A stretch of DNA of 63,996 nt, counting the filler, from Basidiobolus ranarum (lineage: Eukaryota), in the NCBI GenBank assembly GCA_040143965.1. It is 5 parts of 5 records of this genome, joined end to end, with 100 filler letters (N's around TTAATTAATTAA, not from the genome) between each part and the next. Parts side by side here need not be neighbours in the genome. Positions count along the whole stretch, not along the records: positions 13,344 to 26,564 come from JASJQH010000496.1; 4 more parts are not named here. The stretch is one strand, 5' to 3'. The notes beneath the pieces were generated by a model. It worked only from the letters and a program-made list of their open reading frames with translations, searched no databases and was not told the DNA's origin. The position numbers and the translations under genes were made by a program. Position 1 is the stretch's first letter, and every line of letters begins with the position of its first letter. Positions 13,345-26,664 of this stretch are shown here, in pieces.

Positions 13345-13791
13345 CCTGATCTCACTCACGAACGTTCAAGTATCCCTTCTTCGTCAATCCATCACCGGTA
13401 TACTTCCCATATTTGGCAAAGCTCTAAAGTCAGTGATCTCATAAATAAGAGTAGCGATCATAACGAAGATGAAGAGACAAACACGGAAAGTACGTCAATA
13501 CTATACCAAGTGTTGGAATTGATGCGCCAAGAGATAGCCGAGAGGCGCAAATGGGAAGAGCGAATTGAAGCTCGACAGCTGGAGTCCCGACGTCGCGAAG
13601 AAGCTCGTGAACGTAGACGAGAGCGACGTGAGCGTGAAAGAGCTCGGCGTCAAAGGTACTACACCCAACTCCTAGTAACCTTGGCCTCTCATATCACACC
13701 CAACGCCGCAGAGTACCTTCCACCTATCTCAAACCGAAATGAACGAAGTGGTAGTGATTCTGAAAAGAGTACATATACAGCAAGCACGTAA
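13345..13791 (+). CDS. 3' fragment of a protein with an E/R-rich charged helix (possibly a Myb/SANT-like protein C-terminus)
   Basis: Frame open from the gap edge to TAA at 13791; ERRKWEERIEARQLESRRREEARERRRERRERERARRQR. Family assignment is a guess. Confidence 0.55.
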   Translation, partial: PDLTHERSSIPSSSIHHRYTSHIWQSSKVSDLINKSSDHNEDEETNTESTSILYQVLELMRQEIAERRKWEERIEARQLESRRREEARERRRERRERERARRQRYYTQLLVTLASHITPNAAEYLPPISNRNERSGSDSEKSTYTAST

Positions 13792-15606
13792 ACAATTTAG
13801 AATTTGCAAGCGATTGAAACACAGCACTGAATAGTCACCTTTATATGGATATCAGTACGTCCCTACGCAATACGTTCCTCACCCATCCTTTTTAATAGTT
13901 CTTTACTCTTCCTTGGTACAAAGTTGTAAACTCTTTTGTTGAATAGTATTCTATTATCCTTTTATACTTCTTGGTTAACGGCATTATAACACCATATCTA
14001 AGTACGATGATTTTACTCGTGAACTATTTGAAGCTGAGCTAAAATTAAATGAAGTTGAAACCTAGCAAAGCATAAAAAAAAGAATTTGAACGGAAACAAA
14101 CGTAATCAAATCTTTATTAAAACTCTACTGCAGAACCACTCTCCGACCCGGTCAAATTGAGGATGATTCCAATAAGGCACAGTGGGGTTATAGCGTCCAG
14201 ATTATACATGAATCTAGATTATTCCGTAGTATATGGTAGTATCATCTCGGAACTTGTTTGTGGTGAATTATCTCGCTTGGCATAGCGAATTTCACCTACA
14301 GTATGATTATTTTTGAAGCTCCTTCAGAATGTACCCCTCTTAGCACGTGACATGCGTGAGATAGTATGTAAGCGACTACTTGAGATTAGGAACTCGTGTG
14401 AACATTTTTGTGAGGAATGGAATGCGTGAAGAACGCCATCATTGTGACTAGGATTGCCATATAGAATCGATAATCAATCAAAGCATAGATGATTGGAGCA
14501 GCTTTGAATATTACTAGAAATGGGAAATAAGGATATTATGATTTCAGAGTGTTAACCAGATATGGATTATAAAAATCAGTTACATCAAGACATCAACGTG
14601 ACTGGCCCAAGCCTAAATTCAAATCTTAATGCGCCTATCTTGTTTACTGGTAGCCAAGCCAGAATATCCTTTTTTCGCAATGCTTCGATAAGCGTCCAGG
14701 TTGATATACTCCAATTGTAATAAATATATATTGATGCATTCACAAAACTCGTTCCTCTCATCTTGAGGGGCCAAAATTCTTATCCTTATCCCTTTAGACC
14801 CTACATTGTTGCCTCACTAGATTCACCAATTATCTCCTCTACTAATCGCTGATCCCACTATAATAGGATGTCTTGATGGATCCCAAGGTATCAGGGATAT
14901 CATGATCACTCCATGCTTTTTCACTGAGCAGCCACTGTAAAACCTGGTCAATGATCCCTCTGTACTTTTACGCACCTAAAATCAATTTAGCTTGTTCAAA
15001 GGTGAGGGGTAGGAAATGGCTCTGCAATCCAAATGGTTCAAAGTGGTCTCAAAGAACCCTAAATCGAAGAAGATTTCTACATGTCCTATAAATGAGAAAT
15101 ACATTTAATATAAGCTAACCTCGGCTAGGATACATTGTCATAATACAAAGATAACACAAAGTGCGCCAGATCAAGTGATAATAATGATATTGCTTCGTAT
15201 ATTTCCTTTTTTTCCACCGGGTAGATCATGGGGTTTTATCAAATTTGTCAGCACTCAATTTTATCCTTGACATACTTGAAGCGAATGCACTGTTATGTTC
15301 GTACACTAATTCTCATCGTTGTTTGTGTCTTGCCTGGTTTATTAGTTTTGTAAATGAAGATAAAGGTACACTATTGAGATGCATTGTATATTGGAATAGG
15401 GGTGAAGAAACATGAAGATGTGAGGTTATGGCACGTTTAAAAAGGTAGAGTTGAAAGGAGATAAAAACAGGGGAACAGATGTATGTGAAGGGCACAGACA
15501 GAGAAGATCAGGGTCATCTTTTAGGCAAGTAAACAGGAATATAGAGGGCTCACACAAGAGCATGAAGCACACATGGGATCCTAGGGTAGCTCAAGTCAAG
15601 GATATA

Positions 15607-18600
15607 CTAAACAGACGCGCGTTTGACCATTTCTCTTGCCCATCTGGCAACATCTCTGGTGGACGAAGAAGAATGCCTACTGGATCTTCCTTCTTTCAAA
15701 CAAGCATTTATCCAATCAGCAGCAAGAAGTTGCTTAATCTGGCCATTCATGAATGCCTCGGACATATCACCTAAAAGTCCTATCATACCCCGAGTAACAG
15801 CTTCGGATCTCTCCGGATCATTGTAGACCATACCCATAAAGGAGAAAATGTGTTGAGCATGAGGGAGAAGCAATCCAGCCTTATCCCCAGTCTTCAACCC
15901 TTGAGTAATACCGACATAAGCCTCAATGATACCTTCACGAAGTTGATTGACATACTCGATCATATCATATGAGTTCATTGGAATGGTTGTCATGCCACAA
16001 GCTTGTTGGAGCATACTCATTGAAATACTCAAATAAGCTTCATACTGGCCACCAACTGCAAGAGCAATATCACCAAAGCATGATAGAATGGCGGGCTTCA
16101 CATTACGATGTAAAACAGGGCTTTGAAGATTTTGAACAAGCAAGGTCATAAAGGAATCACAGTAAGGTAAAATCTGATCACCTAGGCCACGACAAATGTC
16201 ACCAATAAGTCCAACTGCAATAGAACACAACTGGTGTTCTTCGTGGTTTTGAAGAGCAGAATACAAAAATGGTGAGAAGCTTTCTAAATAACGACCGAAT
16301 TCACCCTCAAGAGCGGTGATAAGTGAGCCAACGCACAAAAACACATCCTCAAGTACAGTAGAGTGCTTATTGGGGGAGTTGAGAATGAGAAGGATAGATG
16401 TCATAATTCTATCAGAAAGACCATGTATATCTTTCCCAACTCTTCTGCTAATGTTGGTTAAAACGTTGAAAAGGTTGGATTGGAGTTCAAAGTGAGTGTT
16501 CTTTTCGTCAATACCAATGATCTGATTCTGCTGAGCAATTGCAGCATCTAATCTTTCAAGAATAGCAACAGCTAATTGGGAAATGATAGGCATGCAGTCG
16601 CGGGAGCTTGTGGTAACAAAAGTGGAAATTGCTTCGTAAGCACTAGTACGGGCGTTTGCCTCATTGTTACTGGTGTCTGTAATACGCATCAAGGCAGTAA
16701 TAATTCCTTCAAAATAAGGAGAGAGAGGATAGGTTTCGGCGTCTAAATCCCCACCTAACTGTTCAGATAAATTCATCAGAGACCAACAGCAATTGGAGAC
16801 GATACGGGGAGAGTCATTTAGGCCATTAACAAGGGCGGTAACTAGACTATTGAGGTGAACATCTGGTTTAATACACTCAATCAGCGTATGGCATATACGA
16901 CCAAGTGTCCAAGCTGCTGTATCCTTAACATGAATAACAGGGTCTTGCATCATATCAATGAACACAGGGAAGGCTTGACTAACCAATGGTTCTAGGAGAA
17001 TGGGATCAGGACCATCTAAAATGGAACCAAAGGCCATCACAGCAGCCTCCCGGAGTCTCCATTCAGTGTTACGAATATGGGTTTCTACGAATGGAATCAC
17101 CAAGCTTACAATATTATTTTCAACACATTGAGCAAACAGTGATAAGCATGTAGCGGCAGCCATAGCAACATTCCACTCATCTTCATCAGCATCTTCTTCT
17201 TGCTTTGAAAGCAAAGATAAAAGCACAGGGACGATTTGTTCGAGGGCAGCTTGCGCAAAATGATGATTGACTTGATCCGGTTGCTCACCATATTCAAGAG
17301 CTTCAGCAGCTTCAGCGTCAAGCTCAATCTCTTCTTCACATACAGTAGACCAGAATTCAACAGCTTGCAATGAAACCTTTTCCTCTTCATGGGTCATTCC
17401 CAATACGGTTAGCTTGAACAAGGCCACCTCCATGTAGTGGCTCATTTTGTCATAATACAATTGCATAATTCTAACTAAGCACTCAAATGCAGCGACCTGG
17501 ACATGAATCTCGGGGCTTTGTGTGGCTTCACAAACCACTTGCATTATATAGTTACGCTCACCCTAGAGATGTATTTATTAGCGAATTGAAGAGTATGCCG
17601 ATGTACCTCAAACTTACTTCTCTTTCAAAATTTTCTCTGATAAACTCAAGGGAGTTATATAATGCAGTGATGGCAGCGTATCTGACTTCTTGACTTAAGG
17701 GATGTTAGACGATACTCGGTTATATTTAATAAAAACAAAGAGTCACAAACCTAGGTTCTTCTTTACGGGCACCAGTAACAACAGCTGTGAGGATCTGATT
17801 AGCTTGAGTAGCCAGAATTTCAGGATCCTAATAAACGATTAATATGAGAGTCAAATATTGCCACATAAGCAAGTATACTGGGGGACTTACAATAGATTCA
17901 CAAATAAATCCAAGAGATTGGAGTGTGGATTGCTTAAGGTTAGCATTATCGGTAGAGGTAACATTGCCCAATAATACTTGAATCAAATCAAGCCATTCAC
18001 CCCGTGGAATTTCTATGGCTGCGATGGCAGATACAGCCTGGGCAGCAACAGTTCCTGCCTTGAGATCTGGGGAAGCAAGAGTAGCGAGGACCTGTAATAT
18101 AGGACGAGCTATTAGAATCGAACTGTGGGTATATGAAATGTAAATAATCATACCGCTTGCTTGACTTGAGCTTTGGTATTTGCGTCGATAGCCAACCATC
18201 TTTGTACCATTTCTTCTTTACGATGCTCTTCCTATAGCCGTCAGGGTTAATACTAATTATATGTATATATATGATATCATACATTCAAATACTTTTGCCG
18301 TCAAGGTATTCTTCAATGCCAAACCAGCAGCGGTTCTGATATGGGGCTGGGATTGCTCATTGGAGAGTTCTTGGCATAGAGTAACAACATAGGCAGACTA
18401 TCAAGTTCGAAAATACTCCATTTAGTACAAGGCTTAAGAATCATAAAGAGTTTGTAACATACGAAATTATCTCTGGAAGCAGCCTCTAAATGATTAGTAG
18501 CCTCTTCACGGATTTGCTGCTCTGTAAAAAATAAGCATGAGCTTCACAAACCAACGGCTTCAAGAACAAAGCCGAAATTACTAACCAGGGGAAAGGGTAT

Positions 18601-18631
18601 GAGCAAGGATCTCGCCGATATTAAAACTCAT
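15607..18631 (-). CDS. KAP95: Importin subunit beta-1 (karyopherin beta)
   Basis: MSFNIGEILAHTLSP, RTAAGLALKNTLT, ERNYIMQVVCEATQ, LQAVEFWSTVCEEE, EDADEDEWN, WRLREAAVMAFGSILDGP, VKPAILSCFGDIA. HEAT repeats, several 5' introns. Confidence 0.97.
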
Positions 18632-19572
18632 TTTTTAAAATGTACAAGATAGCCTCGGATGGAACAATGCAAGTCGCTGGAGAAAATGAAGGACAAGGCT
18701 TGTTTGCGTAGGTAATACGAGAGGCGAACTACGCTAAATCATCGAGTAATTTAGGGGATCAGAGCCGCCTAATTAAATATTCGGACCCTACAAAGATCCT
18801 TATAATTCTTTTGCTACGAGATCAATAAGAAAGAGCGAATTATCAAATATTGCAATATAAAAATCGCACTCGTGATTTGTTTAATGCGCACAAGAGATTG
18901 AGGGGGTTAAAAAAATTACGGCTAGGTATTGAATGTGAGTCCATATCCATGATAACACGTATGATTTTTGATCTGCATTTTTTATACGAACGATGATGCC
19001 ATACGTTGATCAGCCATCTTCAAATCAGAATTTGATTGAGTAAGCAAGTATTTCAAATGCCTTTCAATCTTCCTCACTACAATGAGGTTATACTGAAGTA
19101 CCAATTTGTAAGCTTGCATCTTCGGCTTCTTTGTGGAGTATACTATCCAAAGTTAGGTAGAGCATTAATCGGTGTGCATTTTCACGACCATTTAAGCAAG
19201 AATTAGTACAAACTATGAGTCAATATACAAGAGCCTTTATTTATCCTTATACGTTGGTTTGTATCTGGTAAAAGATTTGTAACTGTCACTAATATGATCA
19301 AATTCAATGATAAACGACACTAGATATGCAAAAGTTTATGGTGTTGCATTGAGATGATACCTGAGTAGATCTAGCAGAAAAAATTGAATGTGAAGATATG
19401 TGCATGGTGAAATCTTGAGGATTTAGGCAATAACGTTCGCACTACCTGGATACCAACTCTCGTTACACCAAACCGTTTCCAAACGCAATCCAAATAATTC
19501 ACAACATCGTGGCCAGTGCGGTTTGAATTTATCACACGGCTTTGGTAAGTAGAGCAAAACAGGGTAGTTAAA

Positions 19573-20175
19573 GTACCTATCGAGCCACTTTCCCTATATT
19601 TATTGACTATACCTAAGCTTCTCTCCTGTGGGCTACGCTTCGACCACTGGTCCTCTATGGAATCCTAAGACTCTACCCTCTTTCTTTGGTACTCGTGCAT
19701 GCGTCAGTATAATCAATTTGGAGCATTTTGACTTACTTGAGAAGTGCTTTCGCTATTACTCGAGGTGGCTTACAATGGTGGTATCATTCTTTTTGTTGAT
19801 ATCAGACCGGAAATCTCCCACATTACCATAGATGCTGCCAAATGTTGCAATGGTTATCATGTTTCTAATAAGTGGGTTCCGGGTACCATTACTAACTCTC
19901 AAACTATTCTTCGCCACCATTCAGTTCCGGACCAGCATAATTCTTCTCGTCTACTCACTACGTCCCTTACAGATATTTTTGCTATTTTAAATGCATCAGA
20001 GAATCCTGTAGCCAGCACTGAGGCTGATCGTAAGAACATCCCTTTTATTGCCATTGCTGATATGAACTTTGAACATTTATAAGTAATTATCCTATCAATA
20101 TTTTGCCAATGCTAGCAATGATCCAATTCGTGGTGTTGAGCTTATCACTGGTGGTTTAAGCATGGTGACCAAAGA
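19573..20175 (+). pseudogene. Degenerate mitochondrial ribosomal protein uS2m (MRP4-like) pseudogene
   Basis: Pieces in different frames: LTIPKLLSCGLRFDH / LWNPKTLPSFFGTR..IINLEH / LTYLRSA / EVAYNGGIILFV...KWVPGTITN...EADRKNIPFIAIAD* / NDPIRGVELITGGLS. At least 3 frameshifts plus a stop at 20080-20082. Boundaries approximate. Confidence 0.85.
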
Positions 20176-21349
20176 AAGGACGATTGAAGTGTACCAAAAA
20201 ATCGGAAGAAAATGCTCACAACAACTGTGACCATATGTTCCGTAATTACCATCTAAGAGAACTTAAGCCTTTAAATTACTCCTTTTGTAAGAATACTTCA
20301 TTCCTTCACATCCTATAAGTATTAAGAGAAAATATATATTCGACTGTTCTTACCTACTTACTAATGTTGAACTTGATTTTTACACCTTAAAACTCCATCA
20401 TTATATAGTATTGATGTAAGGTAGAGTGTGGGTATTTAGATTTGATGTGTCTATGAAAATATGCCAAGTTCAAAGCTATGTATTAGAGAACACAATCGTC
20501 CATTTTGGTTGAGGATAGCATCCAACATAAAATGATTCCATTTACATATGAGCATATCCAACATAAATGATGTATGCCTCTCTTTGAACTCTGTGAAAGT
20601 ATCAGATCAGGTAAACTCAGAAGTATAGGAACCTCAATGCCTTTGAAAAACCTCCCCAAGTATAGCATCTATAATAAATACCTGAGCTTTATTTGGGGGA
20701 CAAGGTATAAGCAACATATATCTCTTAGAGGCTTAGATGTTGTCGTTGTTAACCTCTTCACAAAGGAAAATCAACATATGTAGTAATTTATGGTCACCTC
20801 ACCGTATTATAGCTAACAGCATATATAACATATATATCGGAGCTATGCCTTACTCCAACCTGCCTTCACAGCCTCTTCGCCATGTCAGTTATGATAACCG
20901 TTTTTTGGAAGCGTATTCGGTCGTCAATATATTTTGGCTATGAATGGTGACCAAAGTGGGTTTTTTTAGCTCTACAAGCCTACTTTAACTTCCTTAAACT
21001 AACTGTTCATGCATAAATAATGGATCGATTTGATGGGGTGATTATTATATGGATTTTATTATAGTATTGATACTTTACGCTGATATGGCTCACTATTGAT
21101 ACTTAGTGGATGGACACAGTGTCGGAATAGAAGCAATATTCAGTTGCCAACCTTACTGTAACATGATATACACAGGATATATCCGTAGATGTACCAATTT
21201 ATAGAATACTCATTAATTAATTGGTTAGATTTCATCCATAGTATTGAACAAGAGATATCCAACCTACTCTAACGATGATGAATGCAGCGAATCGACAATT
21301 TCGATAAGAAACAGAAGAGCGAAATAAACCTCTCAGTGACTCTTTGAGA

Positions 21350-21570
21350 GTAATCACAAGTGAAACGTCGTTATCTTTCTATCTAAGCTCTAACAGAAAA
21401 GTGTGAACTGGCTGAATCGGCTTGTTGCGCTACTTGGCTTCATCCGTAGGGGCATACTCATCTTGCTTGAGAGTTGATTGTATCAAGAATATTAAAACGT
21501 ATTGAAGAACTCACTCACAGATCACCTCGTGATATGTTCAATGAGGAGACATCATTCAATTCAGTAAGTT
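21350..21570 (+). mobile_element. Possible decayed pogo/Tc5-type transposase fragment
   Basis: NWLNRLVALLGFIRRG (cf. Tc5 HTH WLxRF) followed in another frame by SPRDMFNEETSF (cf. DIxNxDETG). Fragmentary. Confidence 0.3.
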
Positions 21571-24090
21571 GCATTGTTATTATACAAACAATGATTGAGC
21601 CGATATGGCACTTATATCCTACCAAGTATTTGTTTCCTGGACCCGGGAACCGAAGAATTAAGTATTTGTTTAATATAAATCATTCTTTAAAAAGTCGAAA
21701 GCCCATGAGGTCCTAGTTTTGCGGCATCGTAATAACACCAAAACAACTGCCATTTGTGACATCAGTGATTGTTTTTATACATGTTTATCACGAGACATAC
21801 GACAGTGACTAAAATTGAAGAGTGAACTTAAATATCCGGTTTTCCAACCTCTTTGATAGGTATTATAATCACAAGTTAGTCAGACCTTCTTTCCACGGTT
21901 TTACATATAATAAGGAAATTATACATTGTGCTTTGAATCATTACCTTGGTTCAATGATCTTGCTAGGTTACCTATCACAATAGTTCATATATATGGTTAC
22001 GGAATGCGTGAGTCAGAACCTAGCCCATCCGCGCCAATGCAAAGGTTATAGAATGGTTGAGTGAATGAGATGCTTTTGTAGGAGATCCAGTTCTATGCTC
22101 ATTAATTATAGCTCAGCATAAGGGCGTAGCAACATCATGTGCATTTATAATCCTTGATAACATTGGATGTGAGGTGCAGTTCAGAGGAATTCGTTACCAG
22201 AGAACTCCAAAAGTCTACGACCTAGAAATGAATGCTCTTTTCATTTTGACTTCCTAGCACTATTCACCGAGTATATCCAATCCATATCGACACATTCCTT
22301 GATAGCTATATCCGAGGAAGGACCCGGTAAATCTTTAGTAAAACCAATCAACCGCTGAGTTTAAAATATTCCTCATAATGGAGGGTGCTCAGGTTGAGTA
22401 TGAATCAATATTTAATTTAGCGTTACCTGACATTAGGCAAAGACGAGCGCATTTCTATGCTATTTTGTGAGCTACTAATGATCCAATAGTAGTGCTTGAA
22501 GAATGGCTGTACATTGGCTGTAGTAGTACGTATACATAATTCAATGCAAGCCATTAGACTTGAATATCGGGATAATCACTACTAGACAACAAGGAGCCAT
22601 TGCACGCGTTGTAGAAGGACATAGGGTATATTTTACATTTGAGAAGCCAGTGAAATTACTTGAATTATGGAACTGTCCGATGATACACAAGAATATTGTT
22701 GATGAGTGACAAATTAGTGGGGTCGAGAAGTAAGAATTGCAAGTACGATCTCTATAGCTCGTAGAACAAAGAAATACTGGTTAGAACAGGCTTTTTCCTA
22801 CCCTAGCTATGTCCGCACTCAACTATGCCTATCTTGAATTCTTGGGAAAACTGATAGATATTGCTACAATTTACACCTCTCAGGTGTTCAGTATATTCCA
22901 TATATGTAATGAAATTCAATCACCTCGAAATACAATAACAATAATCCAAATTATATGTCAAACAAAAATAATAGAATCGGATCAACGTTACCGCTTTTTG
23001 AACCCGTATTCCTTATTCGAGTAAACGTAAAACCCGTTTCTGTCAATCAATTAGTTTTACCATTACTCTTTTGACCAAAGCTTGCTTCGTTATCAAAAAA
23101 GAGTTGCCAAATAGCAGTCCAATTAAATGGTTAGCTTACCATTCATCAAAAGGGATCCGATGATTCTTTCTTGTCAAGAAGCATGAAATACAGGTTTGGC
23201 GTCACAACATTAACCGTACAGCGGTTCGCTTCATTTTTTGTAACAGTACAGTCTATATCTGGAATGATTCGTGGAGATGACTCTGCAGCCTTTCAAGAGC
23301 TGCATCTACTGTACATCTAGACTTAAACATGTCTAATGGGTATGCTGTGTATATCACTGTGACAAAGCAGCTAACCCAGCACACTACACAAGTTTCAAGT
23401 TTACACAGGTGATATTTGACCTAAAAGGGCTGGATCAGGCAGCAAAAGTGCCAACAAAACTCGTGATGTTATACGGCGTATACACGGACTGTTCCCAAAA
23501 TCTTTATGTTAAAGATAGACCTCAGGCTGATCTAGTTCTTTCACCCGGGCTATTTTACTTCAACCCTTCTATTGCTACTAGTTCTGGAGTATCTTTACTT
23601 GCATCTTGAAATTCGAGATACAGGAATCTTGCTGAAAGGTGGAGAATTAGCTACCAGACGTGGTACAATTCTTTCCTCAAGTTGTTGTTGTAATATTACG
23701 ATTACTCATATACTCTCGTGATATTTGCATACTTCATGTCAAGGCCTGAGCAGGATTGAAGTGTACTAATTGCTAAAATCGGTCTCAATCTATCCACCGT
23801 CGATTCCAGAAGATCAATCCCGAGGTAAAGCAATAAAACCATAAATACTATGTAGTTATTTTCCCATACCCGTGTAATGGAGCCTTGAGTAACACAATGT
23901 ATGCTTTCTTTACGCTTTTTAGTGTTTCCATAAAATACTCTCTTTTGCTATATTGCAAACACTCAGCGAAATGTCTATATATAGAAGCTTGTTGTCAAAT
24001 TTATATCAGACACAAGTACTTTTGGTACATTGCATTATAAAACACTCCTTGCGTTTATATCTCTTCAATCGTACTTGACGAAGCTCCTCA

Positions 24091-25939
24091 ATGAAAATCA
24101 AAGACATTTCCGCAGATCCCTTCAAGGTATCCCAAGACCCAGAGAGCAAGGTTCCTGAGAATGAGACCACGGAATTACAGCCTCCAACAACTCGAAAGGA
24201 ATTATGGTCTTATTACTTATATTATAATGGGGTATGTTTGCGTACTATCTGTATGGTTTTGATCAGTAGTGGCAAATTGGAACCGAGTCCTAATCTCATA
24301 GATTGTATCGTTTTTAGGATAACGGGTTCACCATGTTTAGTTACATGCCTAACGTTCTCCAGTACTTGGCTTACAATGCTGGGTATGATAGCTCTGATCC
24401 CGCCAAGATGAGAGCTTGCGACTTGTCCGACTCTTCAATTGTGTGCATGATTCCATTCGGATCTGCTGGCGACGTGCCTGTTTCTGCCATGGTACTTTAT
24501 GTACAAGCCATTGCTTTTGCTTCCCAGTTTGTGTTATTCTTGACATTTGGAAGCTTGGCCGATTATGGACGTAAGTAGAAAATCTAACCTGTACTGCATA
24601 AGAATCCATTAATATTAACTGGTGATTGCTCTCTTCCGAAAAGGTTGGAACAAATGGATTCTACTTCTAACTACCATAGTTGGTTGCTTTTGTCAGATAA
24701 TCCCCATTGCGTTCAGTAGCCCGAACCAATGGACCGCAATGATGGCTACCATGATTTTTGGTATGTATTGCTCTTATAGGCCCAACATGCTCGATGCTGA
24801 TTAACGATCGATCTTCTAAATGATGTTTGTTAAATGTTGTAGCTTTAATCGCTTATGGTGCTTCCTTGGTGTTCTACGCCGCGGCTTTCCCTACTCTGGC
24901 TGATAACCTGCCAATTGTGAGGGCAGCTCGCGCGAATCCAGAAATGTCCAAAGAGGAAAAAATGTCAATCACAGAGAAGTGGAGAAACCACGTCTCTACT
25001 ATTTCAACAACTTGGTCCAACGTCGGCTTTCTTATAGTGACAAGCGCATTGGCTGGTATAGGTCACATTCCTTACGATGGCAAAACTCTAGGTGACTCCA
25101 CGCACAAGTTTAACCAAATCGGGACGGTTTTCTGCGGCTCCTTCTGGGCGATCAACGCGATCTGGTACTTCATGTTTATTCCTAAGGGTAGACAAGGGCC
25201 TCCATTGCCTAAAGATAGCAACTATGTAACATTGGGATGGAAGTCCGTGTTCCGAGCACTGAAGGAGGTCAGACGTTTGAAGCAAGCCTTTATGTACTTC
25301 ATTGCCTACTTCTTGTTCTCTGATGGTATCGCTACAATCAATCAGATGATTGGCATCCTACAAGGTCAAATTACGTCGTTTGATGGCACTGAGTTGACCC
25401 TACTCAATCTAGTTTCTGCTGTTACTTCCATCATTGGGTGCATGGGCATGCTCTATCTACAAAAAGCTCTGAAGGTTCGCACCAAGCACGCATTACTTGG
25501 TATATTGTTTGCTTCCGCACTGGTTCCTATTTGGGGCTGCTTTGGAATTAAGTTTACAAGTTGGGGTATTCACACACGTATTGAGTTGTGGATCTTTTAT
25601 GTCTGGTCCGGTCTTGTAATCGCCCCTATCTATGCTTGGCAACAAACAATGCTTGCTGAATTGATTCCCAAAGGAAAGGAAGGCCTCTTTTTCGGACTCT
25701 TTGGTATTGTCAACAAGGCATCCTCCTGGATTGGTCCTGTCGTAATCGGTGCTATCACCAACGTTACCTACAACCAATGGAACGGCTGGCCCTTCATCCT
25801 TGCCTTAATGATCATTCCTATGGTTATCATCTATTTCATTGATGAGAAGAAGGCTAAGGAGGATGTTCAGGAGTATTTGAGAATTGAGAATGCGAAGGAC
25901 ACCAAAGCCAGTATGTCTATTGAGTTAGATAGCAAATAA
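24091..25939 (+). CDS. ATG22: Vacuolar amino-acid efflux MFS transporter Atg22
   Basis: TTRKELWSYYLYYNG, GSLADYG, YFLFSDG, MLAELIPKGKEGLFFGLFGIVNKASSWIGP. 4 exons, about 12 TM. Confidence 0.92.
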
Positions 25940-26564
25940 TCACTTGACCATATCTCTACCCAACACTAATATATTTTTTGATTCTAACAATTGATAATTA
26001 AACCCAACATTCTAATCCCCTTGATATCTTGACGTGCCTGGTCCGCATCCTTTAATTGGGTTTCTTGAAATATCACATTTATGGTGGATAAGTAGTATAT
26101 ACTTCTAATGAAGATTGTAGTTAGTCAGGGGGTGGGATAATCCAGACCCGTAGTACCTATTTGAATTTTTATATAAAGTTATTCCATATGCATAGCACTT
26201 GGTACCAGTCATGATCTCTCTGTGCCTGCAGGTTATGATGAGCTCTATTTCTCACACAGTTACATACAGAAGCATTGAGAAGGGGTTAGGGTTTAGGGGG
26301 GAGACAGTCACCAACAGGTGAAATCTTTATTTCAAACAAAACAAAGAAGCCATAACTACTTTTGTAGCTTCTTAACTAATGTATGGAGGTCAGGAGTATT
26401 GGTATGAATGTTGCAAAGCAGAAAAGTTAAGTCAGTAAAATCTAAGACACTATTAAGTGGAGTGGGAGGGAGTAACAAAGGTAAAAATGGTTTGTCAACA
26501 ATGGAAATTAGTGGAATGAGACTAGGATTAACATAAAGCATAAAGGGAGTATGTTTCTGAAGAT

Positions 26565-26664
26565 NNNNNNNNNNNNNNNNNNNNNNNNNNNNNNNNNNNN
26601 NNNNNNNNTTAATTAATTAANNNNNNNNNNNNNNNNNNNNNNNNNNNNNNNNNNNNNNNNNNNN
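26565..26664. other. Assembly linker gap
   Basis: Same 100-bp N/TTAATTAATTAA linker. Confidence 0.97.

Noticed and set aside
26281-26300. Telomere-like GGGTTAGGGTTTAGGG
   Set aside because: Only about two units, internal; expected by chance.
26356-26564. Minus-strand ORF left of the gap as a possible tyrosinase C-terminus
   Set aside because: Cannot be connected across the linker and shows no recognisable similarity.
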